This document shows, one piece after another, positions 25,632 to 36,929 of a stretch of 64,000 bases of DNA (within the stretch, counting starts at the first letter, position 1; the number at the start of each line of letters is the position of its first letter). The position numbers were made by a program, and so were the translations under genes. The stretch comes from Podospora anserina (taxonomy: Eukaryota): contig CM030337.1 in the NCBI GenBank assembly GCA_017654855.1, positions 2,666,001 to 2,730,000 of the forward strand. Reading direction: 5' to 3'. The notes beneath the pieces were generated by a model. The model saw only the letters and a list, made by a program, of their open reading frames with translations. It was not told the DNA's origin and did no database searches.

Positions 25632-27255
25632 TCAGGTACCTTCAGATTGTTCCAACCTATCTTGGTGTCGATGACGCTGCATGAGCCTTTGTTTCATGAT
25701 GGATTGCCTCCAATTCCCGCCCTTTCCATCACAAATATAGAAAATAATTACATCTAACGAGCTATTTTGACATTGTTCAAGGACACCAAGGGTTGTGCTA
25801 GCCCTCCATGTCTGACCCATCCTCGCTCCGCCCCCATCATTCTCTTCATCCCACGCTCTGGGATCTTCGACATCTGAGACATTGGTGACTACCCTGTCAA
25901 TACCTTCAAGAAAATACCTCCCCTCTTCCACCAGCGCTTCCCAGTCCTCCTAGCCGCCCTACTATGGCTTTTCACCGAGGGCCATCCAGCCTAGCACCCC
26001 AATGTTATCTCAACCCATTCTGTGAACGCGCGAGTCATCCCAAAACTCCCATCATCTTCTGTACAACCTTGCCAGCTTGGAGTCTTGCGGCTGCTTTGTA
26101 GACGCGAGGTCCCCAAGCAGGCCACAGAGAAGTCTGCAAGATATGATACCAGACCTCCTCTTCTTGTTTTACTAGGCAAAAATGTGGTCAGGTCAAGGAC
26201 CTTTGACCAGATGACCTCTCCACCGGTAAGAAAGGCCATCCCGTGCCCAAGTGAGTGGACGCTCGTTTGAGTGAGCCCGGATGACACCCAAAGCTCTTCA
26301 TTCTCCAGGCCATCAACATAGGCTTCGAAGACAGCGCGCTGTTTCTGACTCAGGCCCAGAGGCATGTTTCAACGCGGCGAACAATGCCTCCGGACCGAGG
26401 GTACAGAAATACTGGGCTTCTTCCCGGGCTCTATTTCGAGTCATGTCTTCACAATAACGACATGTGCTCCTCCCTGGGAGCGACTCCGACGCTGAGAAGC
26501 CGACCATGTGGTTGGAACATTGTCGGAGAATGCTCTCCCACATGCCTAAGATGTAACTGTAAACGCTGGAAACTGCCTCCTGATCTGTCTCGTTGATGCT
26601 GTAAAGCAGGTCGCGGTAAGCTCTTTTTCATTGAGTTTGTCTCTTTGCAAGCGGTGAGATATCGGCCAAGGGTGCTGATAACCGAAGTTCAAAGAAAAGC
26701 CCGTCTCCATCTCGCTCGCTCGCTAAAAGATAGATTCAGTCGTTCAGTCCGCCAATACCCCAACCCAACCGTCTTGATTTGGGAAGTTGGGGTGGAATGG
26801 CAATGCTTCAGAATGCTGCTGTTGGTCCAGGCGGGGAGACTTCCCCAGATCTCATCAGCAAGCTGCCCGTTGTACAGAGCCTTGGAACAGACATCGTCAA
26901 TAACCGCGTCGACCCGGTCCATATGTAAGCACATGGAAACCAGGTCCGGAGTCTTGAGGTCGCCTTTCCGTTCCTTGTTGCGTTCCGCGCGCTTGGCCGC
27001 GACCAGAGGGTCCTTACTGGGGTTGGGAAGCCAGATGTTGAACTTGAGTATGTAGGCTGTCGCGCTCAGTTCAAAGTTGCCAAACAGGCACTGGCAAAGG
27101 TGGCTGTCCAGGGTTGCACCTCTGTATTTGCGGTAGAATGTTGGCGATGCGTGGCGTAAAGTCATGAGATCTGGGATGAGAATTTGGTGGAGGATCATAT
27201 CGTGTATCTCTGCTGGCAGGCCTGCCTCGAGGGAAATTTATTGGATGGTCGACAT
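25632..27255 (-). pseudogene. F-box-like family paralog D (disrupted)
   Basis: MSTIQ*ISLEAGLPAEIHDMILHQILIPDLMTLRHASPTFYRKY with TAA at 27238-27240. Frameshifts near 26690 and 26366; EAVSSVYSYILGMW; C-terminal RR*WEFWDDSRVHRMG*DNIGVLGWMA. Confidence 0.75.
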
Positions 27256-27469
27256 TGCGAAGCTTTTTAGACGCTGTGGAAAGGATATCAGGTACTAGGT
27301 TTGTGAACCGGGATACAACGGAGGCAATTGTGATAGATCTTTTTGATGAGACTGTTTGTGAAGTATCAGAAAAGTGTTTGGTTGGGGACTGGGAACCGAC
27401 GATGATGTAGAGACTTGTTCAAATATAAAGCTGGCGGAAGGTATGAAGAAGAGAAATGGAACTAACTCC

Positions 27470-27539
27470 CAGAGCCCTATAGGCTATATAGCCCGCGCGC
27501 CCGGACCCAGTCCATAGGTCACGTACCAGTGCCGTGACA
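27470..27539. mobile_element. Possible short LTR-end remnant
   Basis: Ends in CCGTGACA (reverse complement TGTCACGG), a common fungal LTR terminus, at the edge of an ORF-poor, TpA-rich stretch. The other end was not found. Confidence 0.25.
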
Positions 27540-28667
27540 ATTTTAGTTATAGTTCATGATACCGGGCATGAACCCAAGTGAAAGAGAGTTTAAAGTGCCC
27601 AGGTGGGGTTAACGAATGAAAAAGTCTGTAAGTGAACTATCCAACCTTAATGTGACTCACTTCTGAGACTGAACTCAGAACCAAGAGAGCCTTGGCGATA
27701 CTTAGCAATGGCTCCTAATAACAAACTCAGGGAAACGTGGGTGATTATTAAATCAAGCCACCGGAAGTCAGACTAAAATAGGTACCTTAGATAGGCTTTC
27801 ACTCAGGAAGTTACTCCTATTTATCTGTCAGGTTTAATTTGTGGCACCGAAAGTTACCACATAGTGTGCTTTACACACAGTATGAGAAGGGTTTTGGAGG
27901 CGAAATGCTGAAGCAGACTGGGATGGGCCCAGCTGGGAAGCTTGCAGTATGTACTTTCGATTTCTTAAGAGAGAGAGAGAGCTTTGTTATAAAAGTTGTA
28001 GAAAAGAGGGTCGATTCTCACTAGCAGAGTGGATCAACCGTGCTCCGAGCCATCGAGCAACTTAACCACAATGGATCTTTGGAATAGCTCCAAGTGACTC
28101 CCAGTGATTGTAAGAGGATCATCTGGTTAAGTCTTTAGGCTAATTGCGCTTGGGAAACTAACAATGCATTTTTCTATATCTCACTTGTGCGTCTAGACAC
28201 CCAATGGAGGCTTCTGACTGTCCCATCCTCACAAACGTGAGACCTCATGCTGCTGAAAGTGGATACAAAGCCTGTAGTAGGAATCCAAATCACCCGAGTT
28301 GCCAAAGTTTTCACAGTCAGTCCACAGAGCAAATTACTGGTTGAAACACTGGAGAGCTTCGGTGTCCTGGTCAATTGTTGGAAAGGTAATAGTGTAGGTA
28401 GGCACAAAATCCAGATCTTGAGAATATGCCATGTGATTTATATCCAATGTCAATGCTTCGTAACCGTTGCAAACTGCGCTGTATTCACCACGTTTATCCT
28501 CATCCTTGTGTTATAGCTGTGGGTAGCTCACTCCAAGACCCAAACAATAATCCATCAAACGCCAGGCTGGATGTTCAGAGTGCATGCAAGAAATCCAAAG
28601 CCAAACATCCCCCCCTTTTGTGCAAACCTCCATCACTCATCATCCTCCAAGGGTATCCCCGCCTCCT

Positions 28668-29693
28668 TCAACCCCTCCCTAATAGCCTCCACCACATCAT
28701 CCAAATCCTCCCCCAACCCGGAATCTCATGCCCCCCCTCATGAATCGCATACTGCACCTTATCCTCATCACACATCCTCATCAACGCCCTCCCCTGCACC
28801 CTCCAAGGATCATTCCTCCCATGTATATGCACCGTCGGGATCTGAATCCTCGCCTCCTCCACATCAGGATGAAACATCTGATAAAACGTCCTCTCCCCTT
28901 TATCCACCACCACAATCTTATCTGTCTTCCTCGCCCCACTACACCCCTCATGCCCCTCAAGACTCATACACAACCTCGTCTCCGCCCTCCAAACCACCCC
29001 ATCCTTATCCACCCTCTTGACAACATTAAAATCCTCCTCCCAAACAGTCTCATGCTCCTGACACCGGAAACAATTCTGCTCCTCGGTCGGTAACATCTCC
29101 CCCGGCACATCCGTCGGCCGATCCCTCACCACCTCAGGAGTCTCCCCCTCAATCCCAAAAACGTGCCGCGCGTTGTAACCCGCCTGCAAACACTTCGCGT
29201 ATGGGATCGTAGAGCTGAAAAATACCCCTAGTTTGAACTCTGACTCCCCAATCTGCCAATCACGCTGCTCATGCAACAGAATTGAGGCCGCTAGCGCGGC
29301 GCCTTGGCCGAAGCCGAGGATGATGTCGTACCCGAGCCCGTTGAGGAGGGTGTACAAGTGGACTTGGGAGTGCGCCTCGTCGATGTGGTGCGCGTCGGGG
29401 GTTGGGTAGTAGCTTCGGCAGGAGTGTTCCCCCGGGGGTGAGGTGCTGAGCGGGACGGGGTAGTCGCCGTCGATGTAGTGCCACTCCCAGGATTGGGGGA
29501 GGCGGGAGCGGATGGGTTGGAGGTGTTTTTCTAGGAGGATGCCGTTGGAGGAGTAGCCGTGGAGGCAGAGGACGCGGACGGGCCGAGGGGTGGGGGGGTG
29601 TTCATCGCTGGATTTGGTGGTTGGGGAGAGGTTGGGCGAGGGGATGGAGATGTTGGGGGAGGGGAGGGGGGAGGAGAAGGCGGTGTCTGGCAT
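28668..29693 (-). CDS. FSH1/DUF341 serine hydrolase family protein, apparently catalytically disabled, with a C-terminal frameshift
   Basis: VLCLHGYSSNG, ILGFGQGAALA (family motif GFSQG), IPTVHIHGRNDP and HEGGHEIP; ATG at 29693. Confidence 0.8.
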   Translation of the reverse strand: MPDTAFSSPLPSPNISIPSPNLSPTTKSSDEHPPTPRPVRVLCLHGYSSNGILLEKHLQPIRSRLPQSWEWHYIDGDYPVPLSTSPPGEHSCRSYYPTPDAHHIDEAHSQVHLYTLLNGLGYDIILGFGQGAALAASILLHEQRDWQIGESEFKLGVFFSSTIPYAKCLQAGYNARHVFGIEGETPEVVRDRPTDVPGEMLPTEEQNCFRCQEHETVWEEDFNVVKRVDKDGVVWRAETRLCMSLEGHEGCSGARKTDKIVVVDKGERTFYQMFHPDVEEARIQIPTVHIHGRNDPWRVQGRALMRMCDEDKVQYAIHEGGHEIPGWGRIWMMWWRLLGRG

Positions 29694-30080
29694 TGTGAGA
29701 GGTGAAGAACCTGAGGATGAAACAGAGATAATGGCTGGCAAAGCATTGACTCGGAAGGTTTAGTTATATCCTCAGAAAGTCAGCGGTGAGCTGTTGAGGC
29801 CGCCGCCACCCGTCCTCATCATGTTATCCCCCTGTTAGTCACCCTGAAAAGAGCCTCCAGCGCGAGCCAAGGCGCCATCGCCAGAAGAAGGAACTTGGAG
29901 TTGCAGCGAAGTCTTGTTGTGGTCAGACGCTTATGCAGTACACTAATAACTCTCACAAACATGCTTCTGTTGGTGAGTTTTCAGTACACATCATCCAAGT
30001 GTTGAAAGAATGCTGAATTGGTAGAACAACGTAGATAAAAAAAAACTCCATGCTGACCCAAGCGGATGTGTTTCATCATA

Positions 30081-31181
30081 TCAGTCTTGCTCAGCCTTCA
30101 CAGTCACCCATTTATCCTCACCCACCCCCTCACCCACCTCACTGATTTGACAATTCTTCCGGGCATGCTCCGCAATAACAAGCTCAACCAACTCCCTCTC
30201 CACAATCTCACAAAGCATCGAGACCTCCTCATCTCCTGTTGTAGGTACACTCCCATCAGAGCCAACCTTTGCGAGATACTCACCCACTATCCTCCGCCCG
30301 TGTTGTTCCCAGTAATCCCTCGTCATTGCTACTGCCAACGGCAAGCCTTGGCTTATATATGCCGTCCCCCTTCCAGGGGGCTTGTTACCGGGAAGCAAAA
30401 TCCTATAAATGTTCCGCCAGCGGTCTTCTTCAGGTAGGTGCGGTTTGTCACGTCTAATGATCTCCCTGAGCGTAGACTGGGAAACGCCCTTGCTGATGTC
30501 AAGGCTGCGAGGCTTGCAGGTGCGTTCCCGAATGTGGCTGTCGCAGGTGGGCTCATTGGCAAAGGTTTGACTGCAGATAGGGCAGTAGAAGGGATTGGGG
30601 TGGTGCTTGATAAGATGTTGGACGACATCAGAGATGGAGCGGAGGCGGTGCTGTAAATTACAGAATCCATGATGGGATGGGTTGGAGATGGCGAAGGGAC
30701 ATGGTAGAGGGTAGTAGCCATCAATTCGAAAGATGAGGACGGTTGAGGGGTCGGATGGGTCAGATGTCTCCATGAGTATGGATCGAGGTGTTGGGCTAGA
30801 GGTTTTGGAGCGCTTTGGAGGTGGGATCCTGATAGTAGGGGGTGGGATGTAGCGTGCGGAGTTCATCCATTGAGAAACAACTGGAAAGGTTTGACCGGCT
30901 AACTGGCACGCCAGGTGTTGAAGATCCTTAGGCAAGTGTGGCTGTAACAATGAGGCTGTTTCGTCGGGGGAGACACTGCCGCAGTCGCTTTCGAGGGCAT
31001 CTTCTAGGTCGGTGCTCTCGACAGAGTGTGTTGAGGTGACGTCGTCATGACTCTCATGCCGGTAGCGTTTCCGGCCCGTCGCTGGACGTATAGAGTCGCG
31101 ATGTCGGGATGACGGATTCAGTGCCGAGGTCTTTTCCCTTCTTCCGATCGTGACTGACCTGCCATGTCCGGGCTGTGGCAT
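30081..31181 (-). CDS. Atypical C2H2 zinc-finger protein, paralog 1
   Basis: LPCPFAISNPSHHGFC...ISDVVQHLIKHHPNPFYCPICSQTFANEPTCDSHIRERTC...WRNIYRILLPG; intronless, 366 aa. Confidence 0.85.
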   Translation of the reverse strand: MPQPGHGRSVTIGRREKTSALNPSSRHRDSIRPATGRKRYRHESHDDVTSTHSVESTDLEDALESDCGSVSPDETASLLQPHLPKDLQHLACQLAGQTFPVVSQWMNSARYIPPPTIRIPPPKRSKTSSPTPRSILMETSDPSDPSTVLIFRIDGYYPLPCPFAISNPSHHGFCNLQHRLRSISDVVQHLIKHHPNPFYCPICSQTFANEPTCDSHIRERTCKPRSLDISKGVSQSTLREIIRRDKPHLPEEDRWRNIYRILLPGNKPPGRGTAYISQGLPLAVAMTRDYWEQHGRRIVGEYLAKVGSDGSVPTTGDEEVSMLCEIVERELVELVIAEHARKNCQISEVGEGVGEDKWVTVKAEQD

Positions 31182-32047
31182 GATCTTGGGAGGATCTCTA
31201 TCCTGGATATTCCAAAGATGCTGTGCTCAGGGTGGTCCAGGTGCTAGTATCCACCAGGTTTTTGTCGAGATCAATAAAAGCTGTTTCGCAGATAGAGACT
31301 GAATAGAGGCTGGACTGTATGGGGCGTGGTAGACTCATTTTGGAGGGCAATGGGCTGTTTTAATCGTGTGGCCATTGACTGTTGACTGGGAGAGGTTAGG
31401 CGAGAGGGACGGGGTCATGTTATGCCGTTTGGTGCCTACTGCCATCTTATATTGTTCCACCGGGTATGCGGCTGTAGCTGGCGCAGTGGTGCTGGCACAA
31501 TTGTGCGGGCCATCGTCCCTGTTTAGTGGTGAAACTCGCAAGGTCGGGGCAATTATTACCCCGCTGCCGCCCCAAAATAAATCCAAATGTCTAAAAGCAC
31601 CATTTCTCTCCGCCTAGATAAAATTCCCGCGGTCAACTCATCAACACTTACCTGATTTTCTAAGCGTTCCGCACACTTCGCAATTTGACGATAGGCCAAG
31701 TTCCCGAATATTTCAGCACCCACTCTCGTCGAGGTTCAACAAGTTTGTTTGTCACTCGCCCACAAGGACATCATTTGCCAATCCATCCCCCGTTTCCTAC
31801 GGAAAAGGGAGTTCTCCTGAGACTAATCACAGTTCCGTATCTGGTACACACTGGCTCGCGAAGAGATAAGGTTATCACACATTTTTAGCTTTACTTCCAG
31901 CTGACAGGTAGGAGTTTCTACACCTAACAAATCACAGAAAAATGCCGATGCCCGACTTTTGACTCTTAAAGACCATCACATCCGAACCTTTTTCCTCCAC
32001 GAGGCCCGATGCTTCCCACCTCAGAGATCTGGAATGTAACCCGTGGA

Positions 32048-33196
32048 CTATGAAGGCCGGATGCCTGCGACCTCGAAATCGAACAGCTTGGATTCTATTG
32101 CGGCCAGGCTTTGGACATGGGTGGACCGGATCGGTATCGAAACCTGTACTGCCGGTGTGTTTCCAAGGGCCCAGAACTTCCTCAGAGCATCCCGGTCGAT
32201 GTGGTCGTAAACGTCACTCCACTTGGGACCATCCGGTTTAAACCATGAAATCGGGTCTTCCATCAACCTTGCCAAGATCCCATCCGCGGTCGCCCAAGGG
32301 ACCAAACACACGGTTCGCCAAGCGTCGAAGGTGTTTGTTTCAGGGCCCCCGCCGCTGGTGGACGCTGGTTGTTGAGGTACCAATATCGGTCCGAGGCTAA
32401 AGCTGGTTGGCAGAGGGGTGACAGGACTGACCGCAGCGGCAGGGTGAGGAGAAGATTCTCCGATGATTGGGAGACATGGTTCTTCTGGAAGCAATGCGTG
32501 TCGCGCTGGTGGAAGGGCAAAAGCAACGGCCTCTGCTTCCATTTCTGCGGCCCCTCCACCCATAGACCCATACCCCGAGGCTTTCAAGTTAGCCGGTATC
32601 CCATTGTCACCGCCACCCTCGCTGTCGCAGACGCGATAAGGTCTTGCACCGGAATTTTTACGGAGCAAGGCTTCGCGAACCTCGTCGGCTACTGATGAAA
32701 TTTCCTGTTGATCAAGGTGCAGTCGCGCCTTGAGAACTGACTGTATGGTAACAGGGTCGATCAAAACGTTTTTGGCCTCCACGACAGCATCTTGAAAATA
32801 GACAAGCTCTCGAGGCAGTGCTGGGAGCTTGAAGAATGTCGTCCACAACCACTTCCACTTCACTTCACAGGACTTCGTTCTAGGGCACCGCCGCGCTCTG
32901 GTCCATTCGTCGTATGTTATTTCGTCGCGGCCAAGCGCGATTGAGCAGCACTCGCTCACGATGTGGTTGTTTCTTGCATCCTCACTTTCAAACGACCTGA
33001 AGCAACGGGCGCAGTGATTCTTCAGGATGTGTTTCCTCTCGAGGTGCTTCTTGACCGCCTCGAAGCCCTTCAGCTCGTAACTGGCGCACGCGTAATGGCG
33101 ACATGGATCATAACGGAAGAAGGGACAAGCTAGCCTTGGCTTGGTGTTGTCGGCGGTGGCAGGCTCAGCAGGGTGCATCAGTAATGGAGCTGACAT
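32048..33196 (-). CDS. Atypical C2H2 zinc-finger protein, paralog 2 (382 aa)
   Basis: LACPFFRYDPCRHYAC...EAVKKHLERKHILKNHCARCFRSFESEDARNNHIVSECC...WKWLWTTFF; ATG at 33196. Confidence 0.85.
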   Translation of the reverse strand: MSAPLLMHPAEPATADNTKPRLACPFFRYDPCRHYACASYELKGFEAVKKHLERKHILKNHCARCFRSFESEDARNNHIVSECCSIALGRDEITYDEWTRARRCPRTKSCEVKWKWLWTTFFKLPALPRELVYFQDAVVEAKNVLIDPVTIQSVLKARLHLDQQEISSVADEVREALLRKNSGARPYRVCDSEGGGDNGIPANLKASGYGSMGGGAAEMEAEAVAFALPPARHALLPEEPCLPIIGESSPHPAAAVSPVTPLPTSFSLGPILVPQQPASTSGGGPETNTFDAWRTVCLVPWATADGILARLMEDPISWFKPDGPKWSDVYDHIDRDALRKFWALGNTPAVQVSIPIRSTHVQSLAAIESKLFDFEVAGIRPS

Positions 33197-33677
33197 GTTT
33201 GCAGCCGCATGTACAAATCCAGAGCAGATCAATGAGTCAAACCAAGTTCAAGTCTTGAAGGATATGTGAGTAATGGAAGTTATGTCCAACACGGTGGGTC
33301 GGTGGGCTGTCTCTATAGGATCCTGAGTGGGCCATTTGCTGTAAACACCTTTTGGACAAAAGGCTGAATTGACAGAATTGGTCAGCCCGGAACAACTGAG
33401 AGAACAAACCCCAAACCCTGTCGAATACTGCCGAATACCCCAGTTCAGACAAATGTCGAAAATCCCGCGATGAGGGGGGGTGGGTGTCTCCAAGTAGGAG
33501 CCAGGCCAGTGTCACAGCTGATTGGCTCTATCTGCAGACTCTTGGCTTCTTTTCAGTCAAGCTTGCAGCAAATTATAGTTCACCTGGCTCAAAACATACA
33601 TTAGTGAATGTGGTGTATCCCCAAGAACCAGCCAGCACAGCACCTACGAGGCACGTAACTATGCGACTAGGCGTCCT

Positions 33678-33896
33678 GGCACCCTCACCACAAAATAATT
33701 GGCACACAAAGGTAGGTTAACCCACATCATATCGTGGACTATCTATACCTTGGAGGATGATTATGAGGCCTTTAAAGATAGATAATAGGCCTTTAATAAT
33801 ATTCAAGGGCCTATTTATATTTCATGAGGTATGGTTTATACTATCCTATGGGTTGACTTACTTTGGTGTGGTAATCATTTTGTCGGGAGGGGTGCC
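33678..33896. mobile_element. MITE-like element, family X copy 1 (about 220 bp)
   Basis: Left end GGCACCCTCACCACAAAATAATTGGCACACAAAGGTAGGTTAACCCA; reverse complement of right end GGCACCCCTCCCGACAAAATGATTACCACACCAAAGTAAGTCAACCCA; AT-rich non-coding core. Confidence 0.75.
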
Positions 33897-34149
33897 TGGG
33901 CAATTGGGAAGTTGGACATTTGTCTGAATTGCCGCATGCCACGGCGTCATCCAATAGGACAGACCCTACTAGTGCATGACCCTCATGTGTTGAGAGTCTG
34001 CCTTGTCCGGCCAAATTGAATTTGGAATTTCAGATGCCTGCCCTCTCATGACATCTCAGTCAACCCATTTGTTTTGCCCCCCGATGTATAGCGCTCGCCT
34101 CTCGTATCTCTCCTTTCCGCCCTAACTGACAGCTTCATCCAAATAGTCT

Positions 34150-35626
34150 ATGGCTATGATTGCAAACAAAGCGACATCCGACCTCTCGTATGAGCAGACC
34201 GTTAGGCCAAAGGATCGCAAAAACAAACGCAGATGTGAGATCAAGAACTACGACACCGACGGGAACAATGATATTCCATACCTCGAGCAGGAAGACAAAG
34301 CTCCGGGGACTGGATCTTCCGATATATCGTGGAGTTGTCCATTCTGGAAGCGGGACCCCTTTCACCATATGGATTGCATGTCCTACAAGCTTAGACGAAT
34401 TCGAGATGTCAAGCAGCATCTCATGCGCAAACACTACGAACTCCCGTTTTACTGCCCGATTTGCCAACACAAGTTTTCCGACATCAAGGAACGCGATCAT
34501 CACATCCGACAGCGAACATGTACGGAAGATTTGAAAGGGAGAACAGACCCACCAAACACATCGATTCCGCCTGAAAAGCAGGAGCTGTTGCGAGCGCGGT
34601 TGGGTGGGTCAGACAAGGAGATATGGTATCAGATTTGGGATATCCTTTTTGAAGCCAGGACACCACCGGCGACACCACATCAGAAGACCGTCATCGAAGA
34701 GGTTGTCGATGTGTTGCAAGGGTTCTGGAGTGAACACCGATTGGAAATCATTCTTGATGTCACCCACGGACAGGATTCATACGACGAAGACGCCGATTCT
34801 ATCAGAGCGCAGCTCCCAGGCTTGATGTCAACGGCATTGTCTAGTCTCGTGAGGAGGGTGAAAGAGGCTGTCCGCAAGATCGACCACTGTGAGCCAACAT
34901 CACCAGCAACTGAGAATTATGGGACACCGGTTACCAGCACGCCATCCAGCTTTACGTCGACATTCTCATCAAAGAGACACGAAAGCTTCATGAAGAAGAA
35001 GGGTCAGAATGACGCTCATACGAGGAAGCTGGGGAGGGTGTGCAAGGAGTACATGAGTATGCGTAAGGAAATTTGGCAACCCCTGGCGGCAAGGTGTGAA
35101 GAGAAGTGGAATGTGGTTGAAATGCAGGTTTGTTTTCTTTCCAGACCCCCAATCTGTGAAAAACCAAGGCATATTGACTTCTAAACAGTGCATGTCCAAC
35201 GGCCTCAAGGGCATTCAATCCCACGCTCGTGCTTATACCAAATCGGTGACACCCGCCACTAGCATGATGGAAACATCGATTTGTCAACCTCCCGCAACGC
35301 CACCACCACAAAGCTTCGATAACCCCCAGTTCGAAGGTTTCGAAAACTTCTCGCCATCCCAAGAGGTCGACGGCGGGTTAGTACAACCCTTTGGCGCAGG
35401 TCACGACCCGGGATTCGATATGGGGAACGATGGCACAAGTGATTTCCTCCAGGATTGGGACTCTTCGATTATTTTCTCACTCTTCCCTGGAGGTCATGGG
35501 GCCAGACACTGGAATTTTGGGGCCAGTTCGGCCAGTGCTCATTCCGAAGGAATGCAGTATCCGCCACTATCAAACACCACGACCAGTGAGGGATCCTTTC
35601 TAAAATGGGATGGTGGTGACGGCTGA
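34150..35626 (+). CDS. Atypical C2H2 zinc-finger protein, paralog 3; intron 35128-35188
   Basis: WSCPFWKRDPFHHMDC...IRDVKQHLMRKHYELPFYCPICQHKFSDIKERDHHIRQRTC...WYQIWDILF. A GT-AG intron joins VVEMQ to CMSNGLK in frame. Confidence 0.85.
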
Positions 35627-35764
35627 CAGGGGCATTGGCTTTCATAATGTCAAAAGCAAAATTTGCATTATCCTCATTGCGTAGCTGGGGTATACTATCA
35701 TTACAGATTGAAAGTAAAGCCAGGGCGATTACACCTGCTCATATCAGACTCCAAACAAGACTTG

Positions 35765-36474
35765 TCAATTCCAAACAAAGCTCTCCATCAACCAAACCCA
35801 ACCCATTATGATCAACGGCAGCAAAGCAACACCAATAACCAACAAGACCCATCTCATCTCCAACGTCACCGGGCCCCTCAACCACCTCTTGATTTTGGTC
35901 TTGAGCTTCCTCGCATGGGGACAGGTCTCTGTGCCGTAAATTAGACAGCCTAAACCAGGTCGTGATTCACACTCGATATGCTCTCTTCTTCGTTGCATCA
36001 ATAACCTAAAAATATCCTTGTTAGCCTTCGGCTATTCTCGAAGATACCAGTAAGAGCTAATTGTGACGATACTGACTTTACGCTCCCCCTACAAAACCGC
36101 AAGTCACTCCCCAAATCACATCGCTGATTACTCGGGCATTCCAGATGCAGCTTCCTCCTCTCCATGAGCCAATCAACCTTCAGTTTCACGCCGGTATCGA
36201 CGAGCTGGTAAAAATAGCGAGAGGTGTGCTTGAGGGATAGGGCATCAGGATAGATGAGATGTTGTGTGATTATCAGATGGATCTCTGGTGGCAGTTGGGA
36301 AAAGCCCCTTTTTGGTTGAGCGCCGGAATCATCATGATGAGGCAGTTCGTAATCGGCCGCCGGGCCGGAAGTGGAGTTGGGTCCGGAAGACGTCAATGTG
36401 GGTTTCCGGTTCGGCGGCGGTGTGGAGCCCAGGTTGTCCTGCAGAACGTTGCGGCGGCGGCGGATGTGGAACAT
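35765..36474 (-). CDS. Conserved fungal F-box protein with a C-terminal transmembrane segment; intron 36006-36076
   Basis: FSQLPPEIHLIITQHLIYPDALSLKHTSRYFY (F-box), HLECP...CDLGSDLRFCRGSVK joined to LLMQRRREHIECESRPGLGC; hydrophobic tail WVLLVIGVALLPLIIMGWVWL. Confidence 0.88.
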
Positions 36475-36929
36475 TTCTTCAGCGGGTTACAAATGACAGA
36501 CAAACAAGAGCTGGACAGTGGTTGGTTTAAGGAGAAGCAGTCAATCAGACATGCGGGTGAGGTTGGAGAACACGGGTATATATAAACGCCAGAAACGAGA
36601 TTCTGCCTGGAGTCCTCCCCATCGTTCAAACTGGCATCAAGTGCGAGGGCTCAGCTGAGTGATTCGCGGATGATTCCAGGGTTGTTGAGACAAGACGTGT
36701 GGCGCTTGGTTAGCGGGCTCTGAACCCCTGTAACTCGCATCTCGTTTTTGGTGTGGTGCCTGAAAAGAGCCCCTGAGGGCTGCGTCATCTTTGCGACGAC
36801 TTTTTTGGAGGACAGGTATTTGGATGGAGCGCAGATGGTGGATAAGATACCGTTTAGATGATGCTGAGATGGTGGACAGTGATGCTCAAGAACCTCTGAG
36901 CTCGAGGTATCGAGCTGGTTAGCTTGCTA

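Noticed and set aside
19409-27255. Premature stops rescued by sexual-stage A-to-I editing
   Set aside because: Every copy also has frameshifts, which editing cannot repair, and copy D has many stops, including one at a Gly position.
32048-33196. Identification as Podospora FLE1 (also a 382-aa C2H2 protein)
   Set aside because: FLE1 is an FlbC homolog with classical C-terminal fingers. This protein has an atypical N-terminal module, so the length match is coincidental.
16202-35700. Starship or other giant transposon inserted at a tRNA
   Set aside because: No tyrosine recombinase captain, cargo hallmark genes or flanking direct repeats were found in the window.
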